Under the pieces are notes generated by a model. It saw only the letters and a program-made list of their open reading frames with translations. It was not told where the DNA came from and ran no database searches. Shown here piece by piece: positions 1 through 7,436 of a stretch of DNA of 45,455 nucleotides. The stretch is from Pseudonocardiaceae bacterium (GTDB lineage Bacteria; Actinomycetota; Actinomycetes; Mycobacteriales; Pseudonocardiaceae): NCBI GenBank assembly GCA_036009255.1, contig DASYMC010000012.1:1-45455 (forward strand), written 5' to 3'. Position 1 is the first letter of the stretch; each line of letters opens with the position of its first letter. Position numbers and translations under genes: made by a program.

Positions 1-73
1 GCCGCATGCTCGACATTGAGTGGGCCGGGCTGGGTGAGGTTCGATCGGGCGAGGTTCGAATGGGCCCGGCTCG

Positions 74-1576
74 GTGAGCTCGCTGCTGCTCGGTGTCGAC
101 ATCGGCACCGCCAGCTCCAAGGGCGTACTGGTCCGCAACGATGGCACCGTCCTCGCCACGGCCACCCGGGCCCACGAGGTGTCCATGCCGCACCCCGGCT
201 GGGTGGAGCACGACGCGGAAGCAGTGTGGTGGGCGGAGTTCGCGTCGATCAGCAGGGAACTGACGGCCGGGGTGCGCGAACCGCTCGCCGCGGTCGGCGT
301 CAGCGGCATTGGTCCCTGCCTGCTCCCGGTGGACAGCAACGATCGGCCGCTGCGGCCGGCGATCCTCTACGGCGTGGACACTCGGGCCCGGGTCGAGATC
401 GATGAGCTGAACCGGGCGCTGGGCAAGGACACCATTCTGGAGCGCTGCGGATCGGTTCTTACCTCGCAAGCGGTCGGGCCCAAGCTGGCGTGGCTGCGGG
501 CGAACGAACCCGACACCTGGATGGCCACTCGCCGCTTCCTGATGGCCAGCAGCTTTATCGTGGGCCGGCTCACCGGCAGGTACGTCCTCGACCATCACTC
601 GGCCAGCCAGTGCACCCCGATGTATGACCCGGTCGAACACCGATGGATCGAGGAATGGTCTGAACTGATCGCCCCCGGTCTCGAGCTGCCGCAGCTGTGC
701 TGGCCCTCGGACGTCGTCGGCGAGGTGCAGGGCAGCGCCACCGAGCAGACCGGCATCTCGGCGGGCACACCGGTGGTGGCCGGCACGATCGACGCGTGGG
801 CAGAGGCGACTAGCGTCGGCGTCACGGCACCCGGCGACGTCATGCTGATGTACGGCACGACGATGTTCCTGGTCGAGGTGCTCGACCGGCCCCGCCGCAG
901 CCCAAATCTATGGGGCACCGTGGGCACCTTCCCCGGAACTCACAACTTCGCGGCGGGCATGGCGACCTCGGGCGCGATCACCGACTGGATCCGGAAGCTG
1001 ACCGGGGAATCCTCTTTCGATCCGCTCGTAGCGGAAGCCCAGCAGTCTCCACCCGGCGCCCACGGCTTGCTGATGTTGCCCTACTTCGCCGGCGAGCGGA
1101 CACCGCTGTTTGACCCCGACGCCCGCGGCGTCCTGGCCGGGCTGACCCTGCGGCATAACCGGGGCGACATCTACCGGGCTGCCTTGGAAGCAACGGCCTA
1201 CGGGGTACGGCACAACCTACAGGCGATGCGCGACGCCGGTGGGCAAGGCCGCCGGCTGGTCGCCGTGGGCGGCGGCACCAAGGGCGGGCTGTGGACACAG
1301 ATCGTCTCCGACGTCCTGAACGCCCCGCAGCAGCTGCCGCGCCAGACGATCGGTGCGTCTCTGGGCGACGCGCTCCTGGCCGCCATCGGGATTGGACAGT
1401 TACCGGAGACAGCGGAGTGGAATCCGCTCTCAAGCACTACCGAGCCGTGCCCAGAATCCGCCCGAGTCTACGAGCGCTACTACGCGCTCTACCGCGAGCT
1501 GTACCCAAACACCAGTCAAATCGCACACCTACTCGCCCGAGAGCAGCGGATAGATTCCCCAGAGCATCGGAGGTAG
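74..1576 (+). CDS. FGGY-family carbohydrate kinase (xylulokinase/ribulokinase-like)
   Basis: 500-aa ORF. The N-terminal LLGVDIGTASSKGVLV is an FGGY phosphate-binding motif, with GGGTKGGLW near the C-terminus. GTG start at 74. The stop lies 3 nt before the next gene's ATG, suggesting an operon. Confidence 0.85.
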   Translation: MSSLLLGVDIGTASSKGVLVRNDGTVLATATRAHEVSMPHPGWVEHDAEAVWWAEFASISRELTAGVREPLAAVGVSGIGPCLLPVDSNDRPLRPAILYGVDTRARVEIDELNRALGKDTILERCGSVLTSQAVGPKLAWLRANEPDTWMATRRFLMASSFIVGRLTGRYVLDHHSASQCTPMYDPVEHRWIEEWSELIAPGLELPQLCWPSDVVGEVQGSATEQTGISAGTPVVAGTIDAWAEATSVGVTAPGDVMLMYGTTMFLVEVLDRPRRSPNLWGTVGTFPGTHNFAAGMATSGAITDWIRKLTGESSFDPLVAEAQQSPPGAHGLLMLPYFAGERTPLFDPDARGVLAGLTLRHNRGDIYRAALEATAYGVRHNLQAMRDAGGQGRRLVAVGGGTKGGLWTQIVSDVLNAPQQLPRQTIGASLGDALLAAIGIGQLPETAEWNPLSSTTEPCPESARVYERYYALYRELYPNTSQIAHLLAREQRIDSPEHRR

Positions 1577-1579
1577 CTG

Positions 1580-2992
1580 ATGGTGGCTCCCGCATTTTTG
1601 ACCCGGGTGAGCACGCGACGCGTGTATGCACTGGGTGCCTTGGCGGCGGTGCTGTTCGGTTACGACAACGGCATCATCGGGGCGGCATTGTTGTTCATCC
1701 CGCGTGATCTGCCGCTCACACCTCTCCAGGAAGGCGCTGTGGTCAGCGCCACCGTCTTCGGAGCGATGGTCGGCGCGCTGGGCAGCGGGCCGGCGGCCGA
1801 TCGGCTGGGACGGCAGCGAATCCTGCTCTCCGCCGGGGTGGTGTTCACCATTGGAGCTTTGGGTGCTGGAGCCGCGGCCAGCGTCAGCATGCTGGTGACG
1901 TTCCGCTTCATTCTGGGATTGGGTATCGGCATCGCCTCGGTGATCGTGCCGCTCTATCTGGCTGAGATGGCTCCGGCGCGGGAGCGCGGCGTGGTTACCT
2001 CACTGAACCAATATATGATCATCGTAGGAACAGCACTGTCGGCGGCATTGGGCTACGCGCTGGCATTCGCCGGCTCGTGGCGGTGGATGTTGCTGATCGG
2101 GGTGTTTCCCGCCGTCGTGCTGCTGGTCGGGATGCTCGCCATGCCCGACACCCCACGATCGCTTATCCGGCGTGGACAGCCTGACCAGGCACGCGCGGTT
2201 TTGGTCGGTCTACGGGGTGACACCGCGGAGACCGAGCGAGAGTTCGCTGAGATCACCTCGCTGGAACGGCAGCAACACGACTCCCGTACGCTCGCCCGCC
2301 TGTCCGCTCCCTGGGTGCGGAAGCTACTGCTGCTGGGCGCGCTGCTGGCGGTGTTCCAGCAGATCACCGGGATTAACGCCATCGTGTACTACGCACCGAC
2401 GATTCTCACCGGGTTCGGGGTGTCCAAGACCACCGCGTTGCTGTTCGGTTTCCTCAACGGGCTGGTGAACATCGGGACCATCGCGCTGGTCGTCCGGTCC
2501 AAAGTCGTCGATCGGCGAGGCCGCAAACCGGTCTTGCTAGCTGGTCTGGTGGGCATGTCGGCCAGCTTGTTCGCCGTCGGTGCCGCGGTACTGATCCTTC
2601 CCGTCAACTCGCCCGCGCTGTTCGTCGTCGCGGCAGCCGCATTCGTGGTGTTCACCAACACCTTCTCCGCCACCTGGGGCCCCGTGTTGTGGGTGATGCT
2701 TGCCGAGATCTTTCCGCTTGCCATTCGCGGAGCAGCAATGGCCATCGCCACCCTGTTCAACTGGCTGGCCGCCTTCGTTATATCGCTGGCCTTCCCTAGC
2801 TTCGTCGCATTCGCGGGCATAGGTGCCGCCTTCATCGTCTTTGCGGTGGTCGGCGTAGTGCTCTTCCCGGTCGTGTGGTTGATGGTGCCGGAGACCAAGG
2901 AACGCAGCCTGGAATCGCTGGAAGCGGCGTTCCGCAGCAGCGCCGGAATCCGGCTGACCGGAGGCGCCGCGGACGCCGGAGGCAGGGCATGA
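1580..2992 (+). CDS. MFS sugar porter family transporter
   Basis: 470 aa and multi-TM. Carries the GRQRILL loop motif and the PETKERSLE sugar-porter signature. Confidence 0.9.
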   Translation: MVAPAFLTRVSTRRVYALGALAAVLFGYDNGIIGAALLFIPRDLPLTPLQEGAVVSATVFGAMVGALGSGPAADRLGRQRILLSAGVVFTIGALGAGAAASVSMLVTFRFILGLGIGIASVIVPLYLAEMAPARERGVVTSLNQYMIIVGTALSAALGYALAFAGSWRWMLLIGVFPAVVLLVGMLAMPDTPRSLIRRGQPDQARAVLVGLRGDTAETEREFAEITSLERQQHDSRTLARLSAPWVRKLLLLGALLAVFQQITGINAIVYYAPTILTGFGVSKTTALLFGFLNGLVNIGTIALVVRSKVVDRRGRKPVLLAGLVGMSASLFAVGAAVLILPVNSPALFVVAAAAFVVFTNTFSATWGPVLWVMLAEIFPLAIRGAAMAIATLFNWLAAFVISLAFPSFVAFAGIGAAFIVFAVVGVVLFPVVWLMVPETKERSLESLEAAFRSSAGIRLTGGAADAGGRA

Positions 2993-4074
2993 ACGTCAAT
3001 TACGGCCCGTATGGATCGAGCCTGCGGGATCTGCCGCGACTGCGCCGCACCCGCCGTCGACGGGCGTCGAGCTGGGACCGCACAGGCGGGAACGACGACC
3101 GCCTCACCTTGGCGCCAGGCCACACCGCGACTCTCGCCGACATCGAGGGGGCCGGCAGCATCAACCATATCTGGGTGACCGTCGCCAACGAACGGATGCT
3201 TCGCGATCCGTGGATGCGGGAACCCGATTACCTGCGCCGGCTCGTGCTCCGCGCCTACTGGGACGGTGAAGCGAACCCCAGTATCGCGGTGCCCCTAGGG
3301 GATTTCTTCGGGGTTGGGCACGGCCGCACCACCAACTTCGTCTCCGCCCCGCTCCAAATGAGCCCGGAGGACGGTAAGGGGTTCAACTGCTTTTTTCACA
3401 TGCCGTTCGGCGCCGGCGCCCGGCTGGAAGTCACCAGCGAGCTGACCGAGGAGACGGTGTTCTTTTACTACTATATCGATTACGAGGCGCTCGATGAACT
3501 CGAGGACGGTATTGGACGTTTCCACGCCCAGTGGCGGCGCAGCAATCCGTGCCCCGGCGCGCCGCAAGCGTCCGAGAGTAACGCCGAGTTCCTGCTCACC
3601 GGGGAGAATCTCGACGGAAAAGCCAACTACACCATCCTGGAGGCGACCGGCCGCGGCCACTACGTCGGTTGCGTACTCAATATTCACAACCTTCGTGACA
3701 CCAATGAATGGAACTGGTACGGCGAGGGCGATGACATGATTTTCATCGACGGCGAAGCCTGGCCGCCCACGCTCCACGGCACCGGCACCGAGGACTACTT
3801 CAATACCGCATGGTGTCCGACGCAGACCTATCACGCGCCGTATCACGGCATCACCTTGCCTGGTGGCGATAACTGGAGCGGGCAAGTCAGCCTGTACCGT
3901 TTCCACATTGAAGATCCCATGCCATTCGAGCGATCAATCCGGGTCAGCATCGAACACGGCCACGCGAACAAACGCAGCGACGATTACTCCTCCGTGGCCT
4001 ACTGGTACCAAGCCGAGCCACACCTGCCCTTCGATCTCGACCCCGTCGAACTACGCGTTCCGCGGACACGGTGA
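2989..4074 (+). CDS. DUF2961 / glycoside hydrolase family 172-like protein
   Basis: ATG 2989 overlaps the MFS stop (ATGA at 2989-2992). The longer ORF from 2875 is an R-rich extension inside the MFS gene. The segments GSINHIWVT, GTEDYFNTAW and IEHGHAN are DUF2961-type as I recognise the family. Confidence 0.8.
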   Translation: MNVNYGPYGSSLRDLPRLRRTRRRRASSWDRTGGNDDRLTLAPGHTATLADIEGAGSINHIWVTVANERMLRDPWMREPDYLRRLVLRAYWDGEANPSIAVPLGDFFGVGHGRTTNFVSAPLQMSPEDGKGFNCFFHMPFGAGARLEVTSELTEETVFFYYYIDYEALDELEDGIGRFHAQWRRSNPCPGAPQASESNAEFLLTGENLDGKANYTILEATGRGHYVGCVLNIHNLRDTNEWNWYGEGDDMIFIDGEAWPPTLHGTGTEDYFNTAWCPTQTYHAPYHGITLPGGDNWSGQVSLYRFHIEDPMPFERSIRVSIEHGHANKRSDDYSSVAYWYQAEPHLPFDLDPVELRVPRTR

Positions 4075-4145
4075 CGCGCCATCTGGGCAAGGCGAGGTGG
4101 TAACCGACACCGCGGTGCTCGCTCAACGCTGCGGGAGCCGCGCGC

Positions 4146-5189
4146 GTGCTACCGGCGGGCGGTGGATGGCACACTACCGATGTGCGGGAATTGCGAACTC
4201 TCCCCAAAGCGCATCTCCACCTTCATCTCACCGGCTCCGTACGGCCGCGCACAGTGCGAGAGTTGGCCGAGAAATATGGCATCAGCCTCCCGACCGAGTT
4301 GGTTAACAATAAATTCGACTGGGGCGAGGGAGGCCGAGACTGGTCATACTTTCAGGGTCGATACGATGCCGCACGTAACACAATCCGGTCCGCCGAAGAC
4401 TTGCGTCGGATCATCCGCGAGGCGGCCGAAGACGACGCCGCGGACGGTTCCAGATGGCTGGAGCTGCAAATTGATCCGACAACGTACGCGCGCCACCTCA
4501 ACGGGCTGGAACCAGCGGTGGAGATCATGCTGGCAGCCTGCCAGGACGCCGCCCGGGCCACCGGTATCGGGATCGTCCTGGTGCTCGCGGTGAGTTGGAC
4601 CGCGTCCCCGACGTGTGCCGAAGATGTCGCGCGGGTAGCAGCTCGGCACGCGCACCGCGGCATCGTGGGCTTCGGTATCTCGAACGACGAGCGACTGGGC
4701 GATCCCGACACTTTCGTCCCCGCGTCTCGGATCGCGCGTGATGCAGGCCTGCTTGTGGTGCCGCACGCGGGTTTCTATACCGATCACCGCCACGTGCGCC
4801 GGTGTGTTGAACTGCTCGGGGCACACCGGATAGGTCACGGGATCACCGCAGCAGCGAACCAGCACACGTTGGATTTCCTGAGTCGCAGAGAAGTAACCAT
4901 GGAGATCTGCCCGACTTCCTACGTCCCGCTCGGTGTGCTCCCCACACTTGCCCAGATACCTGTCATCGCATTTCAACGGGCTGCCGTTCCAGTGGCGTTG
5001 GGCGCCGATGATCCGCTGATTTTCGGTGCTCGGCTGGCTGAACAGTATGGCATCATGCGTGAAGTCCACGGTCTCCGCGACGCTGCCCTCGCCGATCTCG
5101 CCCGCCAGTCCGTGCGAGCCTCCGCCGCGCCTGCGGAGGTAGCCACCCAGCTGCTCACCGATATCGACAAGTGGATTCGGCCGAGTTGA
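4146..5189 (+). CDS. adenosine deaminase family protein (atypical active site)
   Basis: Has LPKAHLHLHLTG (HxH), RIGHG and GADDP motifs at canonical spacing. The HAGE motif reads HAGF. Start uncertain: GTG 4146, or GTG 4182 giving VRELRTLPK. Confidence 0.75.
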   Translation: MLPAGGGWHTTDVRELRTLPKAHLHLHLTGSVRPRTVRELAEKYGISLPTELVNNKFDWGEGGRDWSYFQGRYDAARNTIRSAEDLRRIIREAAEDDAADGSRWLELQIDPTTYARHLNGLEPAVEIMLAACQDAARATGIGIVLVLAVSWTASPTCAEDVARVAARHAHRGIVGFGISNDERLGDPDTFVPASRIARDAGLLVVPHAGFYTDHRHVRRCVELLGAHRIGHGITAAANQHTLDFLSRREVTMEICPTSYVPLGVLPTLAQIPVIAFQRAAVPVALGADDPLIFGARLAEQYGIMREVHGLRDAALADLARQSVRASAAPAEVATQLLTDIDKWIRPS

Positions 5190-5866
5190 TCGAGAAAATC
5201 TTGCCCGCCGGGGTCGCCAGCGCAGAAGCCTTCGACGACCCGCCCGACGCGGTGCTGTACCCGGAAGAAGCCGACGTGATCAGCCGCGCTGTGGACAAGC
5301 GACGCCGGGAGTTCCGCACGGTCCGCCACTGTGCCCGGCGCGCGCTGCGACAACTCGGACTGCCGGCGGCGGCAGTGCTACGCGGCGAGCGTGGCGAGCC
5401 GCAGTGGCCAGCAGGCGTCGTCGGCAGTATGACCCACTGCGGCGGCTATCGGGCCGCTGCTGTCGCGCACAGCTACCAGCTGAGGGCTCTGGGAATCGAC
5501 GCCGAACCGCACGAACCGTTGCCCGAAGGGGTATTGGAAGCGATCAGTCTCAGCGAGGAGCGGGACCGCCTGGCTGAGCTGACGGCCGCTGCCAGGAACA
5601 CTTGCTGGGACCGAATCCTGTTCTGCGCCAAGGAGACGGTTTACAAGGCGTGGTTCCCGCTGACCCGTAGCTGGTTAGGATTCGAGGACGCGGACGTCAC
5701 GATCACCCTCGGCACCACCGATCCAGCGGAGGGCACTTTCTCCGCCCACCTGTTGGTGGCTGGACCAACCATTGCCGGCGCAGCCCTGACCCGATTCGAC
5801 GGTCGCTGGCTACGCGGCGACGACCTGGTGATCACCACGATCGCGTTCACCACCGGGCCCCCCTGA
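5171..5866 (+). CDS. pptT: 4'-phosphopantetheinyl transferase, PptT/EntD (Sfp-type)
   Basis: Collinear with mycobacterial PptT as I recall it: RREFRTVRHCAR, GEPQWPAGVVGSMTHCGGYR, GIDAEP, ILFCAKETVYKAWFP. GTG 5171 overlaps the upstream gene by 19 nt. The alternative TTG 5186 gives a TTGA overlap. Confidence 0.85.
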   Translation: MDSAELIEKILPAGVASAEAFDDPPDAVLYPEEADVISRAVDKRRREFRTVRHCARRALRQLGLPAAAVLRGERGEPQWPAGVVGSMTHCGGYRAAAVAHSYQLRALGIDAEPHEPLPEGVLEAISLSEERDRLAELTAAARNTCWDRILFCAKETVYKAWFPLTRSWLGFEDADVTITLGTTDPAEGTFSAHLLVAGPTIAGAALTRFDGRWLRGDDLVITTIAFTTGPP

Positions 5867-5947
5867 CTCGACACGTGGTGTTCATCAAGTGTTTCGCTTG
5901 ATCTGCGACGCTCGAAGCGCTCTATCCCCTTGACGACGAAGGGCGAT

Positions 5948-7075
5948 ATGGACGTCATCGTCCTGGTTGTGATCATCACGGCCCTCGCGTTCGACTTCAC
6001 CAACGGCTTCCACGACACCGCCAACGCCATGGCGACCTCGATCGCCACCGGGGCGCTGACACCGAAGGTCGCCGTGGCGATCTCGGGTGTGTTCAACCTG
6101 GTCGGCGCGTTCCTCTCGGTAGCAGTGGCCAAGACCATTTCCAGCGGGCTGGTGGATGACACCAAGATCACTCCAGCGGTGATCTTCGGGGGCCTGATCG
6201 GGGCCATCGTGTGGAACCTGCTGACGTGGTATCTGGGGCTGCCGTCCAGCTCGTCACACGCGCTGTTCGGCGGCTTGATCGGGGCCACCTGGGTGGCCGC
6301 GGGCGCCGGCGCCGTCCACTTCGGCACGGTGGTGTCCAAGATCCTGGTTCCCGCGGTGCTGGCGCCGATCATCGCCGGGGTGGTGGCGCTGGTCGGCACC
6401 TACCTTGCCTATCGGATCACCGCGAGAGACGACCACGACACGGTAGCCAGCGGCTTCAAGGTCGGGCAGGTGGTCTCGGCCTCGATGGTCTCCCTGGCGC
6501 ACGGCACCAACGATGCCCAGAAGACGATGGGCGTCATCACGTTGACGCTGGTCACCGCCGGAACGCTGGCACCCGGCTCGGCACCCCCGTTCTGGGTGAT
6601 CCTCACCGCAGGAACGGCTATCGCCCTGGGCACCTACCTAGGCGGCTGGCGGATCATCAGGACCCTCGGCAAGCGGATCACCGAGATAGAGACTCCACAG
6701 GGATTTGCAGCCGAGACCAGCAGCACCGCGGTCATCCTGGTCTCCTCCCAGCTGGGATTTCCGCTCTCGACCACCCAGGTGTGCTCGGGCGCCATCTTCG
6801 GTGCGGGGGCCGGTCGCCGGCTGGCGGACGTACGCTGGGGCCTGGCCGGTCAGATGGTGATCGCCTGGTTGTTGACCTTGCCGGCCGCGGCCATCGTCGG
6901 CGCCCTGGCGGCTCGGGGGGCAGAGACGGGAACGGCTGGAACGGTAGTCGTAGCGGTGGCCGGGCTGGCTATCGCCGGTGGTATCTATGCTCTGTCCCGA
7001 CGCGAGCCGGTGGGTGCGCACAACGTCAACGAGGTGCCAATAGGCCGGGCACGGACCGCACCGGCTACCGCCTGA
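5948..7075 (+). CDS. inorganic phosphate transporter, PiT family
   Basis: Carries the NGFHDTANA and GTNDAQKTMG signatures and is multi-TM. ATG 5948 is preceded by GAAGGG. The ORF-track start at 5930 is a TTG. Confidence 0.9.
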   Translation: MDVIVLVVIITALAFDFTNGFHDTANAMATSIATGALTPKVAVAISGVFNLVGAFLSVAVAKTISSGLVDDTKITPAVIFGGLIGAIVWNLLTWYLGLPSSSSHALFGGLIGATWVAAGAGAVHFGTVVSKILVPAVLAPIIAGVVALVGTYLAYRITARDDHDTVASGFKVGQVVSASMVSLAHGTNDAQKTMGVITLTLVTAGTLAPGSAPPFWVILTAGTAIALGTYLGGWRIIRTLGKRITEIETPQGFAAETSSTAVILVSSQLGFPLSTTQVCSGAIFGAGAGRRLADVRWGLAGQMVIAWLLTLPAAAIVGALAARGAETGTAGTVVVAVAGLAIAGGIYALSRREPVGAHNVNEVPIGRARTAPATA

Positions 7076-7085
7076 GGAGACCACC

Positions 7086-7340
7086 GTGAGCGTGACGATC
7101 GACTGGGGCGCCCTGGGCCTGGTATTCCTCGTCTCGTTCGGGGCGGGGGTCGGAGTGATCGTCCTGTTCTCCCTCGGCGTCAGCGCGCTCGCCGCGCCGG
7201 TGACCGAGCCGATCTCGACGCCTGGTGGAACCGACCCGAACAGCCCCCGACCCGCGTGGGCGTGGCCCGTGGCCACGCTCTGCTTCCTCGCATCTGCCCT
7301 GGTAGTTGCCTTCGGTCTCTACCTGATCATCATCAAGTAG
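7086..7340 (+). CDS. small two-TM membrane protein (hypothetical)
   Basis: 84 aa with two hydrophobic helices flanking a Pro-rich loop. GAGGAG lies 6 nt upstream of GTG 7086. Sits 10 nt after the PiT stop. Confidence 0.55.
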   Translation: MSVTIDWGALGLVFLVSFGAGVGVIVLFSLGVSALAAPVTEPISTPGGTDPNSPRPAWAWPVATLCFLASALVVAFGLYLIIIK

Positions 7341-7436
7341 GCATCCGCTACGATTCCGGACCAGTGTTGATCAGGGTCACCGAACGGATGGTGGTAAGCG
7401 CATGCCCGCCGAGCTCGCTGAGCTGCTGGACCGGTC

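Noticed and set aside
16-405. 129-aa ORF at the left edge
   Set aside because: It overlaps the FGGY kinase in another frame and is Arg/Gly-rich with no motifs. It is a shadow ORF.
2389-3168. Long antisense ORFs inside real genes. Examples: 2389-3168, 5641-6399, 7950-8935, 9912-10693, 18226-19014, 28403-28993, 31360-32103, 32401-33144, 41440-42348, 44580-45365.
   Set aside because: Each lies opposite a gene with strong family motifs and has low-complexity R/P/A/S/G-rich translations. This is the expected consequence of about 68% G+C, where stop codons are rare in all frames.
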